From: Tubulanus polymorphus
Taxonomy: Eukaryota > Animalia > Nemertea
Assembly (NCBI RefSeq): GCF_964204645.1
Contig: NC_134030.1
Location: forward strand, 11,305,947-11,369,946
Reading direction: 5' to 3'
Length of the DNA stretch: 64,000 bases
The translations under genes and the position numbers were made by a program. The notes under the pieces are model-generated. The model saw nothing but the letters and a program-made list of their open reading frames with translations. It had not been told where the DNA came from and ran no database searches. Of this stretch, positions 49,603 through 64,000 are shown in pieces (positions within the stretch are counted from its first letter, which is position 1; every line of letters starts with the position of its first letter).

Positions 49603-50696
49603 CCGGTGTTGTCATTTCGCGGAATGACGGAATCGCAGAATTAAAAAACACGGAATTTCTTCACTTTCACTATAGATAGTAACCGGGTTTTCCCGCGGAG
49701 ATATCCGGTGTCGGACAAGGTACCGGACCAATCAATGCACTGAGTTAGCTTCGAATCACACTATTAGCATGTAATTTCATCTGACATTGTTCTATGATAC
49801 CGTTCAGTTACCAGCTGCAGCAACAGTCAGAATGTAGTCGGAAAAAGAGATTGGCACTAGTGCTAAACATCAGTTATCGAAGTTAATCGACTTTTTGCGA
49901 ACTTCTTAGTAGATTAGAGCACGGTCGCTCTAGGTTGGGCCGTAGTTTCAGATGGCCGCAAACGTGAAATATGCCACTACCAATCATGAAACGCGGTTCC
50001 TTAAAAATCATTTTGATAGAAACCGCCGTCTAGTACCGATTACGTTTTTCAGACCCAAGGAATCAACGCGGAGAAGCAACTAAGTAACAGCTTTCTCTTC
50101 ACAAATAATGGAGTTTAAAAAATACCATTTTATATGTAATCTTTAATATCATTTAACAACTCTTCTAGATACACCACACTCGCATTTATCACAATTTGGA
50201 TGCACGAGACGCATTTAAAGTCCAAAGCCAGAATATGCATAATGTGTATCAGTTTTCGTCTGACATCGTTCATTTTGAGATATTTCTCTTGACCGTATAA
50301 AAACATACCTCAGTTTAGTCTTAATACGACCAGTGAAAGAGTGCAGTCTGGATAAATCGTCGTTTTTATATCCATTTTACAATGCAGCATTAATGAGTTA
50401 AAGGTTTATTAATGGTAACATACACAGAACTCGTAGATGCTGTCTCAATGTTGATAGATTAATTGCCTACGTAGGTTCTCCAATTTCTGGGAGTATCGTT
50501 AATTAGTTGAGTGACGATAGTAATAGATAATCCCATAGACCTACCAGGTACCGGCAATGAAAACATGCGTCCGGTGCCTTGTCCAACAAGGGGTATCCCT
50601 GGAAAAACTCGGTTACTATGTATAGTGAAAATGAAGAAATTCCGTGTTTTTTTGAAAATTCAGCGATTCCATGATTCCGCGATATGACAACACCGG
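49603..50696. mobile_element. Non-autonomous DNA transposon with ~125-bp imperfect TIRs
   Basis: CCGGTGTTGTCATTTCGCGGAAT...ACCGGAC versus GTCCGGT...ATTCCGCGATATGACAACACCGG. Confidence 0.8.
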
Positions 50697-51936
50697 TTGG
50701 CTACCCGGTATCTACTTAATGCCTAAATCTAGCGTTTTAGGGGATACACCTAGAATAGATTAAGGCCCTTAATGCAGTGTGCAGAGGCAGTGGAAAGCGT
50801 AAGTAGTTAGTAAGGGGCTGGTTTACACTCTCTACGACTATTTATTTCGATTACTTTCTTTCCAGCTATTATTCATGGAATGAACTGGCCACTACGGTCT
50901 TCAATTCTTTTGCGGCTTCTTGCAGCTGGTAACAATATATCTAAACCACAGCGTGCAAGTGTACGTTTCAAATCAAGCTTTTTGTCATTGGGAGTCAAAG
51001 TCGTAACTTAAGCGTAACTGTCTCAGATGCTGTAAGTAACTGACGTTTTGTGTAATTGTTTTATTTCTTATGCCATGTTTACAATATTTGGATTAGTAAT
51101 CAGTCGTGTCAATAAGGTACATGCAGAATTGGATTCATTGTTATTGGTATGATAATTCATGGGCGTCAAGAGTCCTGTGATATACCTTTGATATGAAGCT
51201 CTTAAAGTTTTATCAGAGACTTGTTTTGGAATAAACTGAATATTCATAAAATACCAATGCCACATGGCTTAAAGGTGTCTATGCTCTGCGAGACAGTAGT
51301 AATAGACTTTTTCACGACAAACGCACGATTCAAATTGGACTCCTAAGATATCTATCATTAATTAAGTAAATAATTCTATGTAATCGTTTAAATACAGGTG
51401 GAAAGAGGTCAGATGGCATGAAAATTGACTGTGGGTGACTAATTGGTGCGAGTAGACCAGGCGTTGATGTTTCAAAAGGTGTAGCCAAAATGGTTGTATC
51501 ATCAGGGGTAGACAAATTATCCGAAGATAAATGAAAACTTCACCTCGTCGATCGTCAGTTAATTTTGCTGAAATTGTTTCGCCTGGATAAATCAACACAT
51601 CATTCAGTTCAAAATCTGTGTTCAAGAGAATTTCTTTCAATAAAATGAAAATTTATTTGACCAGTTTTTATGTATTCAAGATTGAATTTAAATTGATCTT
51701 AAAACCAGAGACAGCATTCTTCAGAAATTTAGATAATCCTAGACTCATAATCAAATTCTATGAAATCAGTTAAGGTCTTTTGCTCGAATCAAGCCGAGGG
51801 CTCAGGTGGCTAAAATTCAATTCCTCAATGTCCAATAATGCAGAGTACGATGGAGTTCACACACTGAAAAACGTTGGCCTGTGTAAGTTTAATTTGGATA
51901 AAACAGCGATATAGTGACCGCCCTGCTCCGCTGCAT

Positions 51937-52260
51937 CAGGGCCGACGGAAGGAGAAACACATTGGTCCGGCTACTTCTTCCAGGGAGGAGGTATTTGCGA
52001 GCGCCCAAGGCGCGAAACACTTGTGGGGGATCTGGGGTCCCCTTTTTGAAAAAGCTTTTGAAATGTTTCAAACCAGGAGATGCGTCTAACTACATCCTGG
52101 CATGAAATACATCGGGACAAAATTTACGGCACGATGATACTAGTTCTTATGCAAAATTAAGCACGATTATCGGCATCAATATATACATGTATTACGTCAA
52201 AAAATGAATGATCGGCTAAGTTTTGGTCCGGTCAAGGCCGTCCCGTTTCCGCCGGCCATG
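51937..52260. mobile_element. Short non-autonomous DNA transposon
   Basis: Ends CAGGGCCGACGGAA / TTCCGCCGGCCATG, flanked on both sides by TGCAT. Confidence 0.55.
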
Positions 52261-54261
52261 TGCATCTGAGACATAAACAAGTTTGACTGTATTGATTCGA
52301 CGCTTTGACAAACGGATTCCTAAGCAAGATGACCTGACAAATCAAATGAAAATTACGAAACATAACAACAAAATTGATTGATCAATCAATGCCTTACGTC
52401 TTCAAAAAATTTTCCCGGAAATATTTCTTTTTCTGGCCACCACCTGCCTCGACACGAGACTTTCAACATGATGCAACTGCCACGAGGGGACCATATGTTC
52501 GGTATTCTCAAAGCCATTTTGACTAGACTTGGTACATTAGTTCTTTTTACATGGTAGCTCTTATGGATCCACATATCCAGCATATTGTTGACCCAGGTTA
52601 CGCTTCTAGGAAATAGTCCTACGTTATGGACGGATTAGAATCATTTCGAAGAAATCTTTTTTGCGTTTCCCATTGCGACATATGAACCAGTTAGGCAGAA
52701 ACCCGTTCTCGCTGCTATGCAGCTATATTTGAAACACTGGATACACGAATGAAAAATGCGACCACGGTGTCAGAAATTGATTAATCATGTAGACGTAAAA
52801 TCGTAAAAAAGGTGCCCAGGTTGGCGGGTTCCGGGGGGCTATCTGACCTTGTTTAGTTTGTAGACTGAGAGCCGCGAACGCTGATACAGCGAGTGTGCTG
52901 CACACGTGTAGATTGTGTTTACAAACAGAATGGGGAGCATGTGCACTTAAAAGCGGATAGATTATGACTATGTACAAAAAAATGTGTGTGATTTTTGAAA
53001 TTTATTGCCAGTTTCAATGTTGCGCCATTCTCGCGAGATTTTCAACAACACGGAAGTAACGTGTGGTAAATCATGACTACCCACCCACCCTCTCATTGTT
53101 GTCCCAGAACTGAACGTTCCGCACTGAATACAAATTAGTAATACATCTATAATTTTATAAATGGCCATACTTTTAACTTGTAATTGAAATTCATGTACAA
53201 TTTCTAACATTGAAACAACATCGCGATGTGGGGCCAATACGTCAAGCGATACAAAACAATCTAAAAAATGGGTTAAAATTCGTCGTCTATAACCGAAATG
53301 AAATAACGCATTCGGACTTATCCGGAACTGCATTCAACACATCATTGAAAGTCAACCGTGAAACATGAAATAATGTATATGGACTGAAATACGTAATTTT
53401 AACTCATGTAACAGGGTAATTTATTGATCACGTCAAGAATCACCATCTAAAATTACAGATTAATTCATACATCTGCTGGTCATCAAGCACGCCGCAGAGC
53501 AATTTGTATATTTTCCAAACCTGGCTAGTTAATTGCAAAACAAAATACCGCATTTTTAATCTAAGCTCGCATGCAGATTCCTTTATTTACATGTATTTAC
53601 TGTGCATTTATTTACTGTGCCTCAATATGACATCTTAATTAAATTGTTAAAGCCGCTCGGATTCGAACCTAAAACATATTACGTACGGCATCATCAGGAT
53701 ACCATCTCTGGGATTCTCTCAGCGCGAGGCAGTGCGCGGTTGAATTTTGAAAGTGTAGTCAGTTTTTAAATTGGCATTCGTTGGATAACTAATTACGAGT
53801 GAAGGTTAAGCACTAATTATCTATAGATAATATTATAACCAATGGTTGTTTTGCAGATCAGTATGGTTGCAAAACCTGTATAAACCGTTTAATCTCAATC
53901 CATTTTCAATCGGCGGTCACATCGATTAACGACATACACCGATCACCAAGCAAGGAAGGATTTCTCGTTTCTTTGTCCAGGGTACCCCGGTATTATTGTT
54001 ACTTATGAAAACTAGTTGGGGTGGCTTATTATCATCATTGGCTATTTTGGTTTTTTTGGCTACATCTCACGCCAAACAAGAGGTCCACGGGTCTATTACT
54101 TCATGACGCAGTAGAAGAAAAATGATCCAGTATTCAAAGTTTTACTTAAAAGAAAGATACACATTGTAACGATGTAACAAGCTTTAAAATCATAATTTCA
54201 TAGTAAAATCTGTATTTCTGAGGGATACCTACGTTGGCACATACGTGGGGAAGTTACCTTA

Positions 54262-54580
54262 AGCCGGGCGTAGGTTGACCTTGCGACGCGACGCGATCAT
54301 TGCGTTGCGTCACAAGTGGGAGCGTAAGTCGGTTGCGATGCGATTGTCAGCAACTGTGTGCAACTAGTTGCTCCCAGTCGCAAGAGCGCGTGATCGGTTG
54401 CGACGGTCGCGTCGCGTCGCAGAAAGTAGAACATGTGCGACTCATTGCGACTGGCGTCGCTGGCAGTCGCAACCCGTCGCTGGCAGTCGCAAGGTAGCGT
54501 AGGTCGGTTGGTCGTTGCGGTCGCAGTGAGTCGCGTCGCAGTGAGTCGCAAGCCGTCGCAAGGCCGACCTACGCCCGCCT
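54262..54580. mobile_element. Harbinger-like MITE rich in GTCGCA/TGCGAC units
   Basis: TIRs AGCCGGGCGTAGGTTGACCTTGCGACG / CGTCGCAAGGCCGACCTACGCCCGCCT with a TTA TSD. Nested in an older inverted repeat (~54199-54250 / 54716-54754). Confidence 0.8.
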
Positions 54581-56820
54581 TTAGTTTGGGAACTATAACA
54601 CTAAACATTCTTTGGAGTACCCCGTACCGTACGGTGGCGCCGCCACGAGCCTCAATTTTTTTCCGAAACTCGGCGTAAAAAGCCGAGCGGGAAAGGCGGG
54701 CGGGAATATCCTCTGCCCCACGTAAGTATCCTCAGAAATACAAAGTTTACTATGAAAAATTATATAGGGCCCTGACGACAAGGAAAATTATCTAGATCTT
54801 GGAGTCATGAACCGTGACGGCTGGTCCGGCAGAGCAACTCGAAACGACCGCACCGAAACCCTGAGGCCCAATTAGTAGTGGCTGACTACTGACTTGCTTT
54901 GAAAAAATTGACTGGCCAGTCATCATCTGCCTGGACCTGTGCTGGTCGGACCGAGACCTTGGAGTCAGTGATGCGCTACGCTCTTCGTGACGGCTGATTC
55001 CGGCCGCTGAACTTTCCCAGCCTAGGTCACGCCGCTCTGTGTGCCGAGCGGCTGCCGACTTGAAAGGCCTCCGGGGCCGATGTTCCACCAGCTTAATTTT
55101 CAATAAGCGGTAAACATTTTACCTACCAAAGTTCTCATACCTAGTATCATGAAAATGCATCAAGAATTGCAGGCCGTTTCGTGCTAGAAATGCAAAAGGG
55201 CAACCCGGCGGCTATATTTGAAAGCCGATGACCTCCATATACAATAGGCATGGACTTACCTACCCTGATCCTCACACCAAATTTAGCGGAAATACATCAA
55301 GAATTTCGGGCTGCATCGTGCAAACACGAAATTCAAGATGGCCACCCCAATGGCAGCCATATTTGATCACCAATCACTATCTTACAATAGGGATTTCCTG
55401 ATTTCTGCAGGAATATAGATACGAAAGAAATAACCCATATGGTTCATGTACAACACTGAACTCAACTTTATTATACGACTCAACATACACAATATAATGC
55501 CAGGTGAGGAATGAAGGAGGCTTACAGAAATAAAGGCCAAATCCCGAGTTAATACCACAAACACATAAGCCAAACCAATTCAGGACACTACCGGGTCCCA
55601 AAGGTCAACATATCATAACCGACGATAAATAACACTGCAGCTCGAGTGCGGGTCGAGATAGAATCTCCAAAGAAGACGCTATTAGGCAGCATTCAAGCAA
55701 ATTCAAAAGTACCGAAAAAGTTGCATGCCGTCCAGAAGCTATCCCTTCAACTTCAAACAAAACTCGTCGAAATAAGCGAAAGAAGATATACTAATTGATG
55801 TACATGCCCACTTGACGTATCGGCCCCACTCCGCACGGTGGCGCCACCCCGCGGGATTTACGCGAAGCAGCAGAACACAAACACGACCACTCTCTCAATT
55901 TTCAATGATAGAAATCGTGTGTGCATTTCAATTATTTCGGCTGTTAGGGTTTTAAGGCACAATATAAGTTGATGATGTGATATGGCGATGTTAATTAATG
56001 ATAATTCCGCAGTGAAGCTAGTCACGAACGGTGCCGATTGAGTGTACAGCTGCCAAAAACACTGAAATGTGCGTAGTTGCGTAACTATTTGCAGTGAATT
56101 GCAGACGAAACATGAAGCCTTAACGGCCGTTTAAAAAAAATTATACCAATCGCAATTGTAAAATAAAAATGAGATAGAACCTAAGTTAAAATTCTGGCCA
56201 TTTCTAAAATGTTATTAATTATTATTACTAATTTTTAGTCAGTGCGGAACGTTTAGTTTTCCAACAATAATGAGGGGTGGTAGGTAGTCATGCAATTCAA
56301 GTCATCATTTATTACACGTTACTTCCGTGTTATTGAAAATCTCGCGAGTCCTGGACTAAACCCCAATGAACAATGTGATCTTTGTGCTGGCCACAAATGC
56401 ACAGAGATCACACTACACTACCCATTACACACTCCAGTACCCACAGCTTTCATATATCCATCCAAATATTTAGTGGCTTTCTTCCTGGATATATTTTGTA
56501 TCTGTGCTTTATTACCATTACCAGAGTGCAAGAGTGTATACATTTAGTGTGATTGACCGCATGAGTGTGTGTGAGTATGTTTAATAAAGGCGTATGACTG
56601 TATTTGTATATGAGATGTGTTTGTGTGAATCAGTGTGTGCTGGGGGATTAGAAACCTTTATAAGTCTTTGTTGGCTTCATCTAATCTTCATTTTAATGAA
56701 TATCTCATATTTTGTATATCTCTTTGTGACGTTGTAATTTATTGTTGAAATTAGATTATATATATAGCTGCAAAGCAGCGATAACGGGTTTTCTGCACAG
56801 TCTTAGAATCCTGTTCAACG

Positions 56821-57053
56821 GTGGATTTCGACGAAGCATTTGATAAGGCACAACATCAGCCATTACTAAACAGGCTATTAGGAAACAGTATCAATGATAG
56901 GTTGCCCAAATGGCTCAGCAGTTATTTCTGAACGAAAACTTGTAGCCGAAATCAACGGAACGCCTCATCTTGGAATAAGTCGGTCAAACTAGTGGAGTCA
57001 CGCAAGGTAGTATCCTAAGTTGTCTTCTGTTTAATGTCCTGACAAATGACATA
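56821..57053 (+). pseudogene. LINE (CR1/L2-like) RT fragment
   Basis: VDFDEAFDK, KWLSSY and SGVTQGSILSCLLFNVLTNDI. Confidence 0.8.
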
Positions 57054-57419
57054 CACAGTAATCCAACATATATCAGACCGAGTAAATTTTCAAATCGACC
57101 TTAACACGCTGTTCGACCAAAAAACTTAATGTTCCAACAAGAAAATCTTGTTCGAATGAAAATAATTCTGTTTGATCGAACAATACGCTTTTTGCTTGAA
57201 CCAAAAATTTTCTTCATTCTGACAAAAAATGTGTTCGAATAAAAAGCTATGTTATTGTTGAAATGAAAAATTTTTAGTGCCGGCAAAAAAATTTGGTCGA
57301 GCGAAAACAATTTTTTCGAACGAATGTTTGAATAAAAACAATTCTGTTCGATTGAACGGAATACTTCATACTTTCGGTTCGGGGAAAAAACTTTTTTCAA
57401 TATACTTGTTCGAGTATAT

Positions 57420-57747
57420 TTTATATTTTAATTGTCTTCTGTTTCTTATTATTATCTTTATCAAAATAATCTTCACCTAAAATATCATTATTCTTATTTC
57501 AAATATGACTTATAGATTTTAAATGTTCTTTATAATATCTTTTATCACTAAATGATTGATTACATGTATCACATTTGTATGTTTCTTTTTCATTCTTTAA
57601 TTCTTCTAATTTAGTTTCTAATATATCATCTTCATATTCTAGTTTCAATTTATTCTCTAAATGTGTTTTAGTTTTATTGTGCCTTGCTTTTTGGGATTTA
57701 TCTATATTGATATTACATGTTGGGCAGTAGTACTTATTTGCTTCCAT
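57420..57747 (-). pseudogene. C2H2 zinc-finger fragment, probably from a second Polinton
   Basis: KYYCPTCNINIDKSQKARHNKTKTH aligns with QYYCPYCKKYIDKSNKSKHEKSSNH at the polB N-terminus. Same AT-rich composition. Confidence 0.65.
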
Positions 57748-58145
57748 TTTAATACTAAAATTTTTATTAAAATTGATTTTAGAAGTTCAATCACATTTTA
57801 CTAACACTTTTAATGTTTAAAAATCTAACTCACACAAATATGAATATTGAAATAATGTTGTAAATATATCTATATATCTATTCTATAAGAGCTTACACTT
57901 TTAAATGTTATTCATTTTAAGAGTAATAGGGATAATAGGCTTTCAGGTTAAAGGTTGAACGGGCGGGTGAGTAAAAAATGAAAAACATGAAAATAATAAC
58001 AATTTCTACTTGAATTAGGAGTGAAACTCATAAAAATAAAAAATAAATTCGAGCGTGTGAGAATTTATTTTTTATTTCTATGAGTTTGAGAAAATGCGTA
58101 AAATTCCTATCTGCTTCTGGCAATAAGATGTGTAAGAACGCTTTC

Positions 58146-58440
58146 TCAATGTCTGAAGTTATAGCTATCTGTGTAGACGAAAACGCATCGATATCGCTGT
58201 GATGTCGTACGAGGACCCTGGTCCAGACAACCGTTTAAACTAACAAAATTATACGGCGACTTATAGCTACAATCATAGACGATTCGTAAAGGTGTTGTCT
58301 TCGATGGACGATAGACGGGGTGGTGTGGTAAATAGTGTGAATTAATGTCCGACACTTTTGCATCTGGAATTCGTTCGATGAAGCCCCGATTTTCTTGTTC
58401 GGCAATAATTCGATTGTAATTCAACAAAGTATCACCATCT
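58146..58440 (-). pseudogene. BEL/Pao LTR retrotransposon pol fragment
   Basis: GFIE, HYLPHHPVYRPSKTTPLRIVYDCS and SLNGCLDQGP. Confidence 0.88.
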
Positions 58441-61400
58441 TACCCTACCATCTTATAACCTTCATAAACACGCCATGAAGGTAAAAACCATTACTTGTTT
58501 CTGCATAGTCTACTACTTGGTTTTAAACATAATTCATTCTTATAGAGCATTATTGGAAACATAAAAATGCCACGGTAATGGAAGCAAAGGACTGGACTGC
58601 TTGCCATGGCATCGGTGTCGAATTATGCGCCCGACAGTAAAGGTCAAAGGAATCGTACTTAAAGTGGGAACTTCAAGAAATAGAGGCACGCGTGACAAAA
58701 TGAGATGTGGGACCATAGGCATTATACAATAAATGTAGCATATTTAATCTAGCATATCGGCATATCTAACATATGAGCCTGCTGTCCTCAGATAACAATC
58801 CATTAGATTTAAAGACAATAAGTTTCGTAGAAGTGTATTAAGTTTTCATGTTTGTAATACATCTTCATTCACATATAAGGAATATATATAAAAGCAGCAT
58901 GAAGCAAAATTTATCGCGGTTAAGGCTGTAAAGGCTCAAGACGATACAATATTGCTAAATTATTTTGATTTCTTTAAAGCAAATGTCAATTATTAAACAA
59001 TCGTATAATGGAAGAGTCATATTACATGCACGTCCTCCAGGATTTTCTTCTTCGTTTATAGAAAATCTTAAGTAGAGGTCCTGAGGCTCGAAATATACGT
59101 GCTCGATCAAATATTAGACACGGTATGGACTGAGATTGGATACGATTGGAGGGGATGAAAATTACAGAGAATCAAAGAAGTTTCATCGAATCCAACACAT
59201 TTTCAGGATATCATACTAAAAGGATTACGCGTGATGATGTATAGTAAGTAAAATAACGCTCACTAAAAGCTTGAAGCGCGAGGTTTTATTGGAAATGAAC
59301 TAGAACACGCTCGATTTAGTAATTAATTTCCGGTTCTGACGAGCGCCAATCAACGAGAAATTCCATAAATTTTCCAATAGTGCAAAAAGAAATTCATCCC
59401 CAAAAATCATATCAACTGAATATTTCGCCGAAATCGATCTTGAAATTAAATTTTTCATTCTTGAAATATAATCCCGAAGTCAAACAACTGCAAGTTCACA
59501 TGCACACGTGTTGATTTCTGCAGCTACTCCTTTCAAAGAGAAGACTTTGCTCTGATTGGTCGTTTGTGGTCGGTTCACGAAAACTAGCGAACGGCCGCTA
59601 TGCTATCCAGGTCAAATGACGTCAGCAATATATAGCATTAACAGTTCATTCTAGGGCTTTAGCTTTTGCAGAGCATCATGTTGTTTAGAACAGGACAGTA
59701 TGGTACATGTATTCTTTAACATAGAATTATCATATATACGTCTTTAATCATGGAATAGCAATTATACGACTGTTTTCGACCAGTCAAACGTTGTCCACCA
59801 CTTTCAATTGAGGGGAGCATCTGAAAGGAATAGTTCTTGTTAATGAGGTAAAAAATCAAACATCAGAAACGTGATTTTATATGAAAAATTGATAACGTCA
59901 CTTACAGCGAATAATTTCGAAAGCTTCGAAAGTAGCTGCAATGTAAAATAATTTGTGATATTGAAATGATGTGTTTGGTAAACATACATAAACTCCACTT
60001 TTCATAAATTGAGGTCTATGATTGCAGTATACACCATAAACATGTAGATTAGGGATTTCTGGGTAGAGAAAAGATGGCAATGCGTACGTACGTACTACTC
60101 CCATCGATCAGAGAGCATTCATGGTCCTCAGAACTTATCGGAGAACCTGCATCGACACTGTTCAGGTACAAAGACAAAGGGAAATGGATTTGTCCTGTTA
60201 AGTTTTAATCAAGTTTAGTTGGGAGACTGCTGATGAACGGATGAACAACTGAATAGCTAAATTTTGCCATAATAACACGATGATTAGCTTGAAAATAAAG
60301 TGCAATATCAAGACTGAAGTGGGTCTACTGAGTGGTACATGTAACCTATGATAAGTATGACAAAAAAATTCAAGGGCTGGCGAAAAAGGTTTTCAATTTC
60401 ACCAATTTCACAAACAACTTCCCGAGTCAAAGGATAAATAATGGAGACAAGAAACAATTATGAAATTAGATTTTGGCTTTTACCTTCATTCTTTTGAAAA
60501 ATCTAACTTAATTTAATAAAAAACCTACAAACTTTTCCTGAAATAAAACAACAGCCCCAAGCCGGTCAGCTTTTCATAAAATGGTAAATGATACATTCTG
60601 TGAGTATATACATTCTGTTATATTTGTCAAAATACACTTCTAGCTTGGGGATACCTATAATTTACACATTCGGTCGAGTTTTCACGGACAGGGAGCTGGC
60701 AGGAACAAATCCCTTTTCCCATGGTTTTATTGATTTGAATGTGGAATAGAATTGAATTGGATTTTCTGAAAATTGCTCAATAAAACAAAATTGAATTGGA
60801 GTTTTATTTGTTCAATAAAGTTAAATTGAATTGCATATGAGAGTTTTTCAGAATAAAATTTGATTGAATTTGCAGTTTGAGCACATGGCTAATTAGCATA
60901 TCAAGGTCTTCCATGCGATTTGAGAAAAAGCTATTTTCCCGGACTATGCATAATTGCCAATGATATTTTCTATAGTGCAAATAAAACTATTCCTCCTAAA
61001 ACCATAATCAACTAAAAGTTTTACAGAAATCGATCTTGAAATACAATTTTAGATCTTGAAATAAAACGCGGAAGTAAAACAGTAGACGATACTGCAGGTT
61101 CACGTGAACACCTGCAGATTTTTGCGGCTAAGCTAATCATAGAGGAGTCTTTGCTATCTGAATGGCTTTTCAAAATCGATATTTTTTCGTTCAGATTTTC
61201 ACGGAAAAGCTCATATAAATTTTAATGAGGTCCTTTTTCAAAATTCCACTCGTTAGGATTCGGAGAATGGATAATGCTTTAATTAACAATTTGTACGAAA
61301 TGCCCAGTTGCACAGTCAAAGGACCTTAGGTCCAGAAACCATGTAATTTAAATTCGCTCCATTTGTATAGTAAAAGGCAACAAGAAAATTAATTTTAATA

Positions 61401-64000
61401 AATTATTTGACGCCTGCGAAAAAAATGTAAAATTTCTTGGATAATCTTATGTGGAATTGCAAATTTGAAATCGAATTTTTATGAAATTTGGGCTATTATG
61501 AGATTTGGCGATTGGGTAGACGATACAGGTCTTCGACTGTACTGATTATTGGTTCAATTTTTTTATTGAAAGTTGGCAATGCATGTCTGCTTCATCATGA
61601 ATTCGAGCATATCGTTTCAGGCCTAGCCAGCCGGCCCGGTCCCGGTTTGGCTGTCACTCGATTTCCTATCTTGAGTCTGGGTTGAGTTAGACATTGTCAT
61701 GTAAAACACCTTGTTTATGATACTCTGTATGAATAACTCGTGTGTCTTGTATGTTGTATTTTCTTATTTTAAAATTTGTAACTTTATTGAATCTGGAAAT
61801 TTAATCCCGGAATTTCAATGTAATAGGGATCGATAAATAATTGAAATCAATTGAAATCATATATTTACACATTTTTATATGGACCGCTTATAGCCGCTTA
61901 TGAAATTCACGCCGGCCCGACACAGATTGTAGATAGCTTTGTCATTCCACCAGTACCCCCATGTCATCATGGTCTTACTTTTATATCGGACTTCCGTATC
62001 GTGTATACATCCGCCATTTAACCAAATCCGATTTACTTATCATTTCTATTTATGCCTGCCGCTTCTGATACAATCATACATCTTTTACTATTAAAATACG
62101 TTTTCTATTGATATTCAATGCAATATAACATTTCGACGTTCAAACAGAGGTCATTATATAATCACAGGAAGACATTCTACATCTTAGTCAATAATATTTT
62201 GCCAAATAGCTTGTATGTGTACACATACCCTGTGACGTTTTGCACATCGATTTACGGTTTGTCGTTTGTAAAATGACGCTGAATGGTTAACATTGTTTAG
62301 TTTTCATAATGGTAACGTTTTAAAAGGCATCAAAAAATTACTAGGAAAATTCATTTTCAAATTAGGAGGCTTACTATTTCATAGTCTTAGGAATAAATAC
62401 TCTCAATAATGCTTTGTTCTTCAGATGCACAATGAGATCTGAAGGCACTCTTTGTTAACCAAGTAATATTCTGACATCCGAGTCGATTATTTGATAATGT
62501 TGTTCGGGCTATAATATGTCACTGGGGTATAAAACATCTACAGATCTACTTAATAAGTGACCTTTACGGTGAAATCTATTTCTGCTTGATTACCTATAAA
62601 ATCCTATATAGGTGGGAATATAATCCAGTACTATCGTGTCAAATGTGCCCACCGATAAATCAGGATAGGGAACTTATGCACATTTTGCCAATCACTGATA
62701 AGTCAGTTTACAAGAGTCACCGACAGCCTTTTTTAAGAACAAAATTCGTCCATTATGACGTAGGCCTACATCAATTTCTTCCAATCTCAACCATATTAGG
62801 TGTACTTACATAGTGGGTTTCTATTGATATGTTCCACGGCAGTTGAGAAACATTTAACCATCCTCTGAAACAGTTCATCTGAAATAGGATAATAATTATG
62901 AGTAGAGCTGCAAAGCAACGACACAGAGAAAATTATCTTATGCTTGAATGTTCTCTGGAAATTATAGGCTACTTATCATTTCACCTCTCTATTTGATCTA
63001 ACATGATCTAGTAAATCATTGATAGCTATTCTACATAAACTTGGAATAATCATTTGACAAATGATTACTCCAAGATATGAGGTACCGAGTCTTATGGAAT
63101 CGATTGCATCCCATCCGTATAGCAAATGCTAATACGTAAATGTACATTTATCTAAGGTGGAGTTGAGGTAGCACTATCAACAAATTGAAGAAAAGGCTAA
63201 CGAATGGCCAGACGGACCAAAGGCAAGACTTGCTTTTTCATGAATTCTAAATATATCAAAAATATTCACGTTACATAGTTATCCTCAACAGCACCAGGTA
63301 CTGTAGAATCCAGAACCGATTTGAATGTGGAAATTTGAGATAATCATATCAAAAAAAAAATCTTTTAAATGCGATACCATATTATGCCAACTCTCAACAC
63401 AGTAACACATAAGAACATACGAAACGTGGCCCACAAGTTGTTTGTCCTTTCGGTGTGGTATGTGGATCGCTTCTAATAAGCCAACAGAATAGGAAGTTAT
63501 TTGTATACATGTACTTCTCAATTCTGGTTACCAGTTCACTGTTTTCATACCGTATTTTCTGGCCAATTTGACTTTCTAACCTCAGATTGTTAACCAAAAT
63601 TATCACAATGGGCTAAACGGATACGATCTGACCTAAAAATCACTAGCTGACAGTGTCACTCTTATGCTCCCATATAATCAAGATGAGCAGTCCATCAATT
63701 AATTTGAGGTCATAATTTACTACCAATTATCTATTTTCAACAATTTTTTACTTCGTTTATTTCATCAGCTCACAGCAGCACATTTGTATATACGCGTGTA
63801 TTACTGGTTGCTGCATACAACACTCTCACCACATCGTTGCAAACAGCAACCAGTAATTTTTGCAGTATGCCTAGTGCTAATATCCAGGCCTACAGCAAAA
63901 AGGCCTATGAAAAATATCTGAATTTAACCCTGTCTTCAGCCCAATCACTTCTGCATCACCGAATATCCCAAACTTGTTAAGTTAAATTTGTTAAGTACAA

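Noticed and set aside
52386-52610. Possible host exon ending in a GTAAG donor (minus strand)
   Set aside because: No recognisable domain and no partner exons could be linked.
54297-55103. Overlapping ORFs of 60-100 aa
   Set aside because: They arise from GC-rich MITE and repeat sequence and show no protein motifs.

Overview
Eukaryotic, intron-containing and transposon-rich DNA, most likely from a marine invertebrate (the taxon cannot be fixed from the sequence). Two host genes are supported, both on the minus strand: a multi-exon astacin metalloprotease with a C-terminal ShKT domain (~3.8-8.2 kb) and a small secreted cystine-knot peptide gene (~16.2-16.8 kb) that the ORF track only partly captures. 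The centrepiece is a 15,235-bp Polinton/Maverick (adintovirus-like) element at 21525-36759, with perfect 72-bp TIRs and a 6-bp GATATG TSD, inserted into the dimerisation-domain exon of a decayed hAT transposase. It encodes pPolB, minor and major capsid proteins, a packaging ATPase, an rve integrase with chromodomain, zinc-finger proteins and several membrane proteins. Its pPolB is interrupted at the catalytic motif C (YFD|TD) by a ~355-aa intein with a LAGLIDADG homing endonuclease that resembles giant-virus Pol-c inteins. Almost every viral gene starts with the same T-run...ATAAATG motif, like poxvirus late promoters. Together these suggest a virophage-like element that met a large cytoplasmic DNA virus in an animal host (inference). 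The rest of the window holds DIRS/Ngaro, Penelope (with a hammerhead ribozyme), LINE, BEL/Pao, MITE and satellite remnants.
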